Shown here in pieces: positions 35,980 through 45,622 of a stretch of 64,000 nt of DNA; position 1 is the stretch's first letter; each line of letters begins with the position of its first letter. The translations under genes and the position numbers were made by a program. Source of the DNA: an uncultured bacterium (GTDB taxonomy: Bacteria > Krumholzibacteriota > Krumholzibacteriia > Krumholzibacteriales > Krumholzibacteriaceae); NCBI GenBank assembly GCA_963813815.1, contig CAWFAD010000016.1, positions 192,001 to 256,000 of the forward strand, written 5' to 3'. The notes under the pieces were generated by a model. That model did not search any database, was not told the DNA's origin, and was given only the letters and a program-made list of their open reading frames with translations.

Positions 35980-38649
35980 ATGTCGCGAGCTGTATTCAAA
36001 GCGTCGATGCTTCCCGCCCCGCGTACGGCGGGCGGGGACGCGTGGATGACCTCGTTCGCGGGCGAGGTGCGGGAGATCTACCGCGAGTATCTCGCCGGTC
36101 TCGAGCGGCGGCACCGCGAGCTCGCCCCGGGGCTTTCGACGGCCCGCGGGGTCTCCGCCGCGGTCGAGACGATCGTCACCCATCTCCACGGCGCGCTTCG
36201 CGGCTGGATGGGCCCCCGGCTCCGCCGCGCCCCTTCCGTCGTGGCGCTCGGCGGGTTCGGGAGACGCGAGCTCGCGCCGCGGAGCGACATCGATCTCCTC
36301 TTTCTCTGGGACAAGAAGCCCGGCCCCGCGGGCACCGCGTTCGCCGGCTACCTCGTACGCATGCTCTGGGACGCGGGGCTCGAGCTCGGCCACTCGGTGC
36401 GCACGCTCGCGGAGCTCCGCGCGGCGCTCGCGCGGGACGACGATCTCAAGACGGCGATGCTCGACTCGCGCTGGCTGTGCGGGGAGGAGCGGTTGCGCGA
36501 CGAGATCCCCGCGATCCGCTCCGAGATACGGGAGCGCGAGGGGGGCGCCCTGCTCGAGGCGAAGCTCGAGGAGACGAGGCGGAGATGGCGCAAGCACGGC
36601 GGGAGCTTTCACCTCATCGAGCCGAACGTCAAGGAGAGCCCCGGAGGACTGAGAGATTATCAGGTGATCCGCTGGGTGGGGACCGCGCTCCCCTGGGACG
36701 GCACGCTCGAGGGTCTCTACCGCCTCGCGATCATCGACCGGCACGACATCCGCGACGTCGAGCGGGCGTTCGATTTTCTGATGCGGACGCGCTGCGAGCT
36801 CCATTTTCTCATGCAGACCAACTGGAACGTTCTCACGCTCGACATGCAGCGCCGCGCCGCGCGCGGGCTCGGCTACGCGGACGGCGGGGGATTGCTCGCG
36901 GTCGAGCGTTTCATGCGCGATTACTACTCGATGACGCGCTCCATCTACACGGTGCTCGAGCGCATTCTCGAGGAGACGCGCGGCGAGGGGAGCCTCCGCA
37001 TCCTCGAGGGCTCGCTCTACCGGAGGGTCGGGACGAAGGGCCTCGGCCAGCTCGACCTGCGCATCGGAGCGGCCCATTTCCGCGACGATCCGCTCTTCGC
37101 GTTCAAGGAGCAGCTCCGGACGGGAAAGCGCCTCTCGCCGCGGATGGAGCGGCGGCTGCGCGCAACCTTCCGCGCGGCGCGGCTTCCCGCCGGGACGAGG
37201 CGCCGGATGCGCGCCTCGTTTCTCGAGCTCCTCGACGCCCCGGGGCGCAAGGCCCCCGTCATCCGGAGCATGCACGAGCTCGGCGCGCTGCGCCATCTCT
37301 TCCCTCCCTTCGAGCGTCTCACCTGCCTCAAGAAGTACGATCTCTATCACCAGTACACGGCCGACGAGCACAGCCTTCAGGCGCTGGCGAACCTCGACGA
37401 GCTCGCGGGGCAGGAGGGAGGGCTGCTGGCGCGCATCTTCGACGAGGTCGCCGAGAGGACCGAGCTCGCGCTCGCCACGCTCCTCCACGACATCGGCAAG
37501 CCGAGCGCGCGCGGCCACGCCCGCTCGGGAGCGCGCATGGCGGAGCATCTCCTGCGCGAGTTTCCGCTCCCGCAGCGCTCGCGCTCGCTCGTCGTCTTCC
37601 TCATCAGGGAGCACCTCCTGCTCTCGCATTTCAGCCAGCGCCGCGACATGGAAGACCGCGACACGGGGCTGCAGTTCGTGAAGAGCGTCCGGAGCCATCG
37701 CAACCTCAAGCTCCTGTATCTCCTGACGTACGCCGATCTCAAGGCGACCGGACCCACCGTGTGGACGGGCTGGAAGGAGAACCTCCTCGAGGATCTCTAC
37801 TTCAAGGCGAGCCGCATGCTCGCGGACCGGAGCGAGTCGGCCGCCCCGTACCGGACGGTTCTCGAAAGCCGCCGCGCGAAGATGCTCGACGCCTGCGAGG
37901 GGACGGCCGAGCGCGAGGCGATGGCGGCCCACCTCGCGGGGCTCCCCGAGCGGTACGCCATGGTCGTCACCCCGGCGCGGGCGCGCGCGCACGTCGCGAT
38001 GGCGGCGGGGCTGCCGGAGAGGGGCGTCATTCTCGACGCCGCGCGGCTGCGAACCTCGATCGAGCTCACCGTCTGCACCAACGACCGTCCGTACCGTCTC
38101 TCGCAGCTCTGCGGGGTCATCACGATCAACGATCTCACCATACTCGGCGCGCTCGCGTTCACCCGGGAGGACGGCGTCGTGATCGACATATTCCACTGCG
38201 CCGGCATCGACGGGCGGATCGCCCTCGCGGGCGAGGCCGCGGAGAAGCTCGACCGCGACTTCGCCGCCGTGCTCGGGGGGGAAGTCGATCTCGAGAAGGC
38301 GTTCGCCGCGCACGTCGAGCGGTGGAAGCGGCGCTCCGCCAAGGGCGGGCCGATTCCGACCACGATCGAGTTCGAGAACGATCTCTCGCGGGAGAGCACG
38401 ATCATCGATCTCGCGGCCCTCGACCGCCCGGGGCTTCTCTACCGCGTGACGCGCGTCCTCTCCGAGGAGGGGCTCGACATCCAGAGCGCGCAGATCACGA
38501 CGCGGGGCGAGATGGCCGCCGACTCGTTCTACGTGCGCACCCGGGACGGCGGGAAGCTCGCCGATCCCGCCTCGATGCGTCGCATCAGGCAGCGTCTCCG
38601 CGCCGCGCTCGACGCGCGGCTTCCGGACGAGCCGAAGGGCGCCTCCTGA
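35980..38649 (+). CDS. glnD: [protein-PII] uridylyltransferase / uridylyl-removing enzyme
   Basis: ALGGFGRREL..SDIDL, EPNVKESPGGLRD, HQYTADEH, LLHDIGK, two ACT domains (NDRPY, DRPGLLY); start uncertain. Confidence 0.93.
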   Translation: MSRAVFKASMLPAPRTAGGDAWMTSFAGEVREIYREYLAGLERRHRELAPGLSTARGVSAAVETIVTHLHGALRGWMGPRLRRAPSVVALGGFGRRELAPRSDIDLLFLWDKKPGPAGTAFAGYLVRMLWDAGLELGHSVRTLAELRAALARDDDLKTAMLDSRWLCGEERLRDEIPAIRSEIREREGGALLEAKLEETRRRWRKHGGSFHLIEPNVKESPGGLRDYQVIRWVGTALPWDGTLEGLYRLAIIDRHDIRDVERAFDFLMRTRCELHFLMQTNWNVLTLDMQRRAARGLGYADGGGLLAVERFMRDYYSMTRSIYTVLERILEETRGEGSLRILEGSLYRRVGTKGLGQLDLRIGAAHFRDDPLFAFKEQLRTGKRLSPRMERRLRATFRAARLPAGTRRRMRASFLELLDAPGRKAPVIRSMHELGALRHLFPPFERLTCLKKYDLYHQYTADEHSLQALANLDELAGQEGGLLARIFDEVAERTELALATLLHDIGKPSARGHARSGARMAEHLLREFPLPQRSRSLVVFLIREHLLLSHFSQRRDMEDRDTGLQFVKSVRSHRNLKLLYLLTYADLKATGPTVWTGWKENLLEDLYFKASRMLADRSESAAPYRTVLESRRAKMLDACEGTAEREAMAAHLAGLPERYAMVVTPARARAHVAMAAGLPERGVILDAARLRTSIELTVCTNDRPYRLSQLCGVITINDLTILGALAFTREDGVVIDIFHCAGIDGRIALAGEAAEKLDRDFAAVLGGEVDLEKAFAAHVERWKRRSAKGGPIPTTIEFENDLSRESTIIDLAALDRPGLLYRVTRVLSEEGLDIQSAQITTRGEMAADSFYVRTRDGGKLADPASMRRIRQRLRAALDARLPDEPKGAS

Positions 38650-38674
38650 CGGACGCGAGCGGAGGACGGAATCG

Positions 38675-39004
38675 ATGAACATGAAAGGCATTCCCTATTC
38701 GACGATCGACTGGGGCCGCGCGCAGCCGGAGGAGCACCCGGGCGAGACGGGCAGGGCCGTGTGGCGGACCGTCCGGGCGGGGGACGCGCGGGTGAGGATG
38801 GTCGAGTACTCGCCGGGGTACCTCGCCGATCACTGGTGCTCGAAGGGGCACGTCATCCTCGTGCTCGAGGGGGAGCTCGTGATGGAGCTCGGCGACGGCA
38901 CGGTCGCGAGGCTGGGGTCCGGCATGAGCTGCGTCGTCGGCGACGACGAGTCGCCTCACCGCGCGAGCGCCCCGTCGGGAGCGAAGCTCTTCATCGTCGA
39001 TTAA
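38675..39004 (+). CDS. DHCW-motif cupin protein
   Basis: RMVEYSPGYLADHWCSKGH, KLFIVD. Confidence 0.85.
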   Translation: MNMKGIPYSTIDWGRAQPEEHPGETGRAVWRTVRAGDARVRMVEYSPGYLADHWCSKGHVILVLEGELVMELGDGTVARLGSGMSCVVGDDESPHRASAPSGAKLFIVD

Positions 39005-39049
39005 CGGGGTCGCTCGTTCATGGGGCCCAGACGGCACCCGTCCCGGCGG

Positions 39050-42004
39050 TTACTTCAGCGCTTCGAAGTATCTCTTGAAAATGTTCCTCACTTCGCGCCG
39101 GACCTCTCCGAGCCGCTCGAGAAACGTCCCCTCGCCCGGGAGCTCGCGGGCGAAAAGCCGGCCGAGGTAGCGCTCGAAGAACTCCTCGCGCCCGGGGAGA
39201 GGCGGGTACGGGACGGCGTGGAGGGCCGCCGCGTGCTCGATGATCCAGAAGAGACGGTGCGCGGCCGCGAGCGTTTCGGGATCTCCCCCGGCGAGGAGGC
39301 CGACCGCGCGCAGATACTCGAGCGTTCCGAGCGGATCGGGGGCGCCGGGAGCGTCGGCGAGCCCGCGCAGATACGCCGCGGAGAGGATGAAGTCGATGTC
39401 GTAGAGGCCGCCGGCCGCGTGCTTCACGTCCCACGGGCTCTTCGAAAGCGATTCGAGCCTCGCGCGCTCGTCCGTGACGCGTTCCCGCCATCCGTCCCGC
39501 CCGAAGAGACGGGGGATCGCGTCGCGCAGCGTCTCCTCGAACGCCGCCCCCGTCTCGCGCGAGCCGCAGAGAAAGCGGCACTTGGAAAACGCGAGCAGCT
39601 CCCACGTTCCGGCCCGCGTCTCGAGGTAGCGCCGGTAGTAGGCCGGCGTTTGCGCGAGCGGCGCGCCCGCCCCCTCCCCGCGGAGCCGCAGATCGACCGC
39701 GCCGAGACGTATCCCCCTCGCGTCCGCGACGATGGAACGGATGACGTCCGCCTCGCTCGCGGCTCCGTCCTCCGAGGCCGTCACCGCGACGAGGTCGAGA
39801 TCGCTCCCGAAGCGCGCGCGGCGCGAGGCGACGGAGCCCGCGGCGAAGAGCGCGAGCGGGAGCCGCGCGCCCCCGTGATGCTCGAAGAGCGCCTCCACGG
39901 CGCGCCCCGTCGCCTCCGAGAGCGGCGGCCCGGCGCGTTCGGGGCCGGCGGCGGGAATGGGGTTCGCGACGTGCGCGACGAGCAGCGTCTCCTCGTACCA
40001 GCGTCCGAGCCGCTCGATGAACCGCGCGTCGCCGGGCGCGTCCGCGGGCGGATCGATCGGCGAGAGCCCCTCGGGGAGACGGTCGAGAAGGTCCATGCGC
40101 CTCGCGAGCACCTCGCTCAGCACGGTCGAATGCGCGGCGATCGAGAGCATGAGCCGCGCGAAGTCGCCGTTTTCGGCAAGGATCTCGAGCGTCGATTTTA
40201 CGGCGCCGCCGGCCTTCACGAGGAGCACGAGGTTCCGTATCGTGAGCGATGGATCGGGCGTGGCGGAGACGCGCGCGAGAACCGAGGGAAGCGCGGCGGC
40301 GGCCGCGGCGAAGGTGTCGGTCCCCTCGAGATTCGGAAAATCCCCGAAAACGAGGGACGAGAGCGCCCGGTGCGCGCGCTCCCCTTCGATCACGCCGAAT
40401 CGCCCGAGGAGCTCCTCGACCGCGGCGTCTCCCGGCGGCAGCGAGAGGATGAGCGGCACGGTCCCCGGCGCGCGGTCGCGGAAGAACTCCCGGAAAATGT
40501 GCTGCGTTTCGAGCACGGCGCGGCCGAGCTCGCCGCGGAAGTTGTCGGCCGTCACCTCCCGCAGCGCGCTCCGGGCGACTCGCCCCGCCACGCGCCGGAG
40601 GTCGTCCTCGGCCGAAGGGAGCGTGTGGGTGCGGACGTTGCGGGACATCTGGAGCCGGTGCTCGACCGTCCGCAGGAGCCGGTAGCCGCGCGAGAGCGTT
40701 TCCTTGACCTCCCCTCCGAGGATCCCGTAGTGGGCGAGGCGTTCGAGCGCCTCGAGCGTGTTGCGCGAGCGCACCTCCGGCCGGCTTCGGCCGTGGACGA
40801 GCTGCATCGCCTGCACGATGAACTCGATGTCGCGGATCCCGCCCGGCATGAGCTTGACGTTCGCGGCGCGCTCGGCCGGCGCGAGCCCCGCCACGGCCCG
40901 CTCGCGCATCGTGAGTATCTCCTCGAGGGGATCGCCGGCGAAGGGATGGGCGAACACCATTCGGGCGCAGTTGTCGATGAACCGGTCCGCGACGCTCCGG
41001 TCGCCGGCGGCGTAGCGGGCCTTGATGAGCGCCTGCCGCTCCCACGGCCTCGCGCGCCGCATGAGGTACGCGAGATGCTCCTCGAGCGATACGACGAGCG
41101 GGCCGCTCTCGCCGTCGGGACGAAGCCGCAGATCGACGCGGTAGAGCGCGCCCTCTTCCGTCGGCTGCGACAGAATCTCGACGACGCGTCGCGCGAGGGC
41201 CGCGTAGAAGGCGCTCTCGCGGGGGCTGTCCGGGTCGCCGCTCACGAAGAGAAGATCGACGTCGGAGGAGTAGTTGAGCTCCGTCCCGCCGAGCTTGCCG
41301 AGCGAGATGACGGCGAACCGGTGAAACGGAAGCTCCCCCCCGGCGGCCCCCTCCGGCGCGAGCCCCTCGCGCGGAGCGAGCTCGGCGAAGGCGAGCGAGA
41401 CCGCCGCCTCGATGACCGCGTCGGCGAGGAACGAGAGCTCCGCCGTGACCTCCTCGACGGCGGCGAGGCCGAGGAGATCGCGCGCGCCGATGCGGAGCGT
41501 CTCGCGGCGATGGTACCGCTTGACGGCGTTCAGACGGCGGCGCGCGTCGTGGAAGACGGCCGCGTGCGCCCCGAGCTCGGCCCGGTATTCGCTCGACGCC
41601 TTGCCCCTCGAGAGCGTCGGCTCCTCGACGAGCCACGCGAGGTACCCCGGGTTGAGCGCGAGAAGCTCCGAGAGATAGGAGCTGCAGGAGAATATCGTCG
41701 CCGCGAGACGGCAGATCGGCCCCTCGAGGACGAACGAGCCGAAGAACGCCCCCGGCGCTATCGAGGCCTCCACGAAGCGGGCGAGATTGACGATCGCGAG
41801 GTCCGGATCGGCGGAGGAGGCGAGCTCGTCGAGGAGGAGCGCGGCACGGCCGGGATGGGCGAGCGCCGCCTCCCCGCCGCCGAGGCCGCGCCAGAGGGCC
41901 GCCGCCTTCCCCGGCGAGGCGAAGCGGAGCTCCGCAAAGAGCGCTTCGAGCGCCGCCGGATCGTTCGCGCCGGGCCGCGCGAGGCTGTCGCCGTGTCCGC
42001 TCAC
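39050..42004 (-). CDS. glnE: glutamine synthetase adenylyltransferase / adenylyl-removing enzyme
   Basis: LGKLGGTELNYSSDVDL, YRVDLRLRPDG, WERQALIKAR, KLMPGGIRDIEF; second nucleotidyltransferase domain GSDLDL...VDLRLRGEG...GGLYDIDF. Confidence 0.92.
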   Translation of the reverse strand: MSGHGDSLARPGANDPAALEALFAELRFASPGKAAALWRGLGGGEAALAHPGRAALLLDELASSADPDLAIVNLARFVEASIAPGAFFGSFVLEGPICRLAATIFSCSSYLSELLALNPGYLAWLVEEPTLSRGKASSEYRAELGAHAAVFHDARRRLNAVKRYHRRETLRIGARDLLGLAAVEEVTAELSFLADAVIEAAVSLAFAELAPREGLAPEGAAGGELPFHRFAVISLGKLGGTELNYSSDVDLLFVSGDPDSPRESAFYAALARRVVEILSQPTEEGALYRVDLRLRPDGESGPLVVSLEEHLAYLMRRARPWERQALIKARYAAGDRSVADRFIDNCARMVFAHPFAGDPLEEILTMRERAVAGLAPAERAANVKLMPGGIRDIEFIVQAMQLVHGRSRPEVRSRNTLEALERLAHYGILGGEVKETLSRGYRLLRTVEHRLQMSRNVRTHTLPSAEDDLRRVAGRVARSALREVTADNFRGELGRAVLETQHIFREFFRDRAPGTVPLILSLPPGDAAVEELLGRFGVIEGERAHRALSSLVFGDFPNLEGTDTFAAAAAALPSVLARVSATPDPSLTIRNLVLLVKAGGAVKSTLEILAENGDFARLMLSIAAHSTVLSEVLARRMDLLDRLPEGLSPIDPPADAPGDARFIERLGRWYEETLLVAHVANPIPAAGPERAGPPLSEATGRAVEALFEHHGGARLPLALFAAGSVASRRARFGSDLDLVAVTASEDGAASEADVIRSIVADARGIRLGAVDLRLRGEGAGAPLAQTPAYYRRYLETRAGTWELLAFSKCRFLCGSRETGAAFEETLRDAIPRLFGRDGWRERVTDERARLESLSKSPWDVKHAAGGLYDIDFILSAAYLRGLADAPGAPDPLGTLEYLRAVGLLAGGDPETLAAAHRLFWIIEHAAALHAVPYPPLPGREEFFERYLGRLFARELPGEGTFLERLGEVRREVRNIFKRYFEALK

Positions 42005-42009
42005 CGTGA

Positions 42010-42489
<480 letters not shown>

Positions 42490-42494
42490 GGGCG

Positions 42495-43505
42495 ATGGCC
42501 CGTCTCTACCTCGGCATCGAAACGTCCTGCGACGACACCTCCTGCGCGATCTTTTCCGACGAGGACGGCGTCGTCGTGCATCGCACGGCGGCCCAGCTCG
42601 AGCACGCCGTCTACGGCGGGGTCGTTCCGGAGATCGCCTCGCGCTCCCACATGCGGAGCCTCATGCCGCTCTACGAGGACGTGATGGCCCGCGCCGGAGC
42701 CTCGCTCGGCTCGCTCGCCGGCATCGGCGTCACGAACGGACCGGGGCTCACGGGGTCGCTCCTCGTGGGACTCTCGTTCGCCAAGGGGCTCGCCTTCGCC
42801 GCGGGCGTTCCGATCGCCGGCATTCACCACATCGAGGGGCACATTCTCGCGAACGCGCTCGAGGCGCCGCTCGATCTCCCCGCGCTCGTGCTCGTCGTCT
42901 CCGGGGGGCACACGCAGCTCATGCTCATGGAAGAGGTCGGCCGCTACCGTCTCGTCGGCGCCACGCGCGACGACGCGGCGGGGGAGGCGTTCGACAAGAT
43001 CGGAAAGCTCCTCGGGCTCCCCTTTCCCGGCGGCCCCGCGATCGAGCGCGCGGCGCGGCTCGGCTCGCGCGCGGCGCATGATTTTCCGCGGAGCCTGCGG
43101 CAGAGTGGCGCGTACGATTTCTCGTTCTCGGGGCTCAAGACCGCGGTGCGCCTGCGCGTCGAATCGCTCGGCGCGCTCACCGATGCGCTCGTCGCCGACG
43201 TCGCCGCCTCGGCGCAGGAGGCGATCGTCGACATGCTCGTCGAGAAATCGGTCCTCGCCCTCTCGGAAGCGCGGGTGCGGCATTTCTACCTCGCGGGCGG
43301 AGTGGCGGCGAACGGAAGGCTGCGCGAGCGGATAACCGAGGCGCTCGCCGCTCGCCGCGTTCCCGTCTCGTGGCCCCGGCCCGAGTACTGCACCGACAAC
43401 GCCGCGATGATCGCCTGCGCCGCCCGCCACCATCTCTCGGCCGGGCGCGCGGACGGCCTTGCCCTCAATACGTTTCCGCGCGGCGTCCTCGAGAGCTGGC
43501 GGTAA
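42495..43505 (+). CDS. tsaD: tRNA N6-threonylcarbamoyladenosine synthesis protein TsaD
   Basis: GIETSCDDT, GGVVPEIASR, HHIEGH, SGGHT, DDAAGEAFDK, TDNAAMIA. Confidence 0.96.
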   Translation: MARLYLGIETSCDDTSCAIFSDEDGVVVHRTAAQLEHAVYGGVVPEIASRSHMRSLMPLYEDVMARAGASLGSLAGIGVTNGPGLTGSLLVGLSFAKGLAFAAGVPIAGIHHIEGHILANALEAPLDLPALVLVVSGGHTQLMLMEEVGRYRLVGATRDDAAGEAFDKIGKLLGLPFPGGPAIERAARLGSRAAHDFPRSLRQSGAYDFSFSGLKTAVRLRVESLGALTDALVADVAASAQEAIVDMLVEKSVLALSEARVRHFYLAGGVAANGRLRERITEALAARRVPVSWPRPEYCTDNAAMIACAARHHLSAGRADGLALNTFPRGVLESWR

Positions 43506-43612
43506 CCGGCCGCCCGCCCCCCTCCCGGTATCTTTCTGCGAAAAGCGATTGCACTTTGGCCCTTGGCACATGGCCGCCAGAGCCTCGCCGCCGGAGCGCG
43601 CAACCCGTTCCA

Positions 43613-43689
43613 AATCATGCAGTTGATACTTGCCGGCGGCCTTTCCCGCCCCCTCGCCGCGGCGCGCCGACCCTTGGCATAAAGATTGC
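43613..43689 (+). promoter_or_regulatory. sigma54 (-24/-12) promoter with upstream IHF-like site
   Basis: TTGGCATAAAGATTGC at 43674-43689 (GG-N10-GC); AATCAT-GCAG-TTG at 43613-43625 is one mismatch from WATCAA-N4-TTR. Confidence 0.7.
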
Positions 43690-43762
43690 GTGGCAAGGGG
43701 TTGCCGTCTACCGGCTCACCGTGCAGGGTCGAGTTTTACACCGCCCCGCGAGGTTTACGTCA

Positions 43763-44740
43763 ATGGAACGGTCCGGCCAAAAGCAGGGCTACAAAATACT
43801 CATAGTGGACGACGAGGATCACATCCGCCGCATCCTCAGGTTCCAGCTCGAGAAGCATCAGTACCGCGTCATCGAGGCCGAGAACGGCGAGATCGCCCTC
43901 GAGCTCGTGCGGCGGGAGGCGCCGGATCTCGTCCTCCTCGACCTCATGATGCCGAAGCTCGACGGGTTCGAGACGTGCCTGCGGATCCGGAAGAATTTCC
44001 AGACGGCCCAGATACCGATCATCATGCTCACGGCGAAGAGCGAGCTCCCCGACAAGATCAAGGGGCTCCAGAACGGGGCGAACGACTATCTCACGAAGCC
44101 GTACGCGAACGAGGAGCTTCTGCTCCGCGTTCGCAACGTGCTCGAGTGGAGCCTCAAGCAGAAAGAGGCGAACCCGCTCACCGGGCTCCCCGGAAACCGC
44201 GCCATCGAGAAGGAAGTCCAGCGCCGCATCGAAGGCAGGGAGTCGTTCGCGTTCCTCTATCTCGACATCGACAATTTCAAGGCGTACAACGACCACTACG
44301 GCTATCAGAAGGGCGACGAAGCGATCCTATTTCTCGCGGACATCGTGACGGAGTCGGTGAACTCGCTCGGCGGAGCGAGCGACTTCGTCGGCCACATCGG
44401 CGGAGACGATTTCGTCGTCATCACCTCGCCGGCCCGCGCGGAGTTCATCTCGCGGCACATCATCGACGAGTTCGACAAGGGTTCCCTCATCCTCCTGAAC
44501 GAGGAGGACATCCGGCGCGGATACATGGAGATGCGGAACCGCCTCGGCGAGATCCGCCGCATGCCGCTCATGTCGCTCACGGTGGCGCTCGTGATGGACG
44601 AAGAAGCCAAGCTCAAGCACTACGCGCAGGTAAACGACATCGCGAGCGAGCTCAAGCGCTACGGCAAGGGGCTCTCGGGAAGCGTCGTCGTTCGCGAGCG
44701 GCGCAAGACGAACGAGCCGATACAGCAGATAAAAACGTGA
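43763..44740 (+). CDS. response regulator diguanylate cyclase (REC-GGDEF)
   Basis: VDD, LDLMMP, LTAK, KP receiver; LTGLPGN, DIDNFKAYNDHYGYQKGD, HIGGDDF. Confidence 0.92.
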   Translation: MERSGQKQGYKILIVDDEDHIRRILRFQLEKHQYRVIEAENGEIALELVRREAPDLVLLDLMMPKLDGFETCLRIRKNFQTAQIPIIMLTAKSELPDKIKGLQNGANDYLTKPYANEELLLRVRNVLEWSLKQKEANPLTGLPGNRAIEKEVQRRIEGRESFAFLYLDIDNFKAYNDHYGYQKGDEAILFLADIVTESVNSLGGASDFVGHIGGDDFVVITSPARAEFISRHIIDEFDKGSLILLNEEDIRRGYMEMRNRLGEIRRMPLMSLTVALVMDEEAKLKHYAQVNDIASELKRYGKGLSGSVVVRERRKTNEPIQQIKT

Positions 44741-44803
44741 GCGCGCCGCCGGCTTCGAACGGGGCCGGCGCGGCGCGGTCGCGATCATGGGGGATAGGGG
44801 CTC

Positions 44804-45613
44804 ATGCGACAGGGTCGGGGCAACGGAGAAGCTCTCGCGGACGCCCGGGCGGAGATCGACGGGCTTCGCCGCGAGCTCGCCCGCTACCGGGGCGTCTTCG
44901 ACTCGGCGAGGCTCGTCGTCGGACACGAGCTCGCCAAGCCGCTCACGGCGGCGAGCGGATATCTCGATCTTCTCGAGGAGCGGCGCGGCGCCTCGTTCGA
45001 CGAGCGCGATCGCGCCTACATCGCCAAGATGCGGAGCTCGTTCGCGCGCCTCGGCGAGCTCGTCGACGCGTTCGTCGACATGCTCCGGGCGGAGCACGAG
45101 GCCGGCGATCTCGGGGTCGTCGAGCGCGTGGACGTCCGCGAGCTCGCGGAAGCGGTTCGAGGGCGGTTCGAGAGCGCGAGCGCCCGGATCTCGCTCAACC
45201 TTCCGGCGAATCCGCCGCCGATCGTCGCGCGGCGCCGGTGCATCGAGGTCGTTCTCGAAAATCTCGTTTCGAACGCCGTCAAGCACGGCGAGGGGCGGCC
45301 CGTCGCCGTCACCGTGGCGCTCGCGAAGAGCGGCGGGGGCGCCCCCGCGGAGCACCTCCTCACGATCACGGTGGAGGATCGAGGGGCGGGCATTCCCGAA
45401 GACCAGATCGAAAGCATCTTCACGCCCTTCTTCCGCGTCGAGAACGGAAAGAAGCAGGACGGGCTCGGTCTCGGGCTCGCGCTCGTGAAGAGCATCGTCG
45501 CCATTATAAACGGAGAGATACGCGTTCGCAGCAAACCGGGAGAGGGAACAGCGGTGACCGTCGTCGTTCCGGTCATGAGCGACGGCGCGCTCGTGCTCGA
45601 TACCGTTGGATAA
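44804..45613 (+). CDS. cytoplasmic histidine kinase without a sensor domain
   Basis: GHELAKPL H-box, NLVSNAVKH, DRGAGI, GLGLGL; only a short coiled coil precedes the H-box. Confidence 0.85.
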   Translation: MRQGRGNGEALADARAEIDGLRRELARYRGVFDSARLVVGHELAKPLTAASGYLDLLEERRGASFDERDRAYIAKMRSSFARLGELVDAFVDMLRAEHEAGDLGVVERVDVRELAEAVRGRFESASARISLNLPANPPPIVARRRCIEVVLENLVSNAVKHGEGRPVAVTVALAKSGGGAPAEHLLTITVEDRGAGIPEDQIESIFTPFFRVENGKKQDGLGLGLALVKSIVAIINGEIRVRSKPGEGTAVTVVVPVMSDGALVLDTVG

Positions 45614-45622
45614 GGGAGTGAC

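Noticed and set aside
44270..44420. GGDEF as a Hypr-type 3',3'-cGAMP synthase
   Set aside because: The guanine-specifying Asp is retained (YGYQKGD) rather than the Ser seen in Hypr GGDEFs
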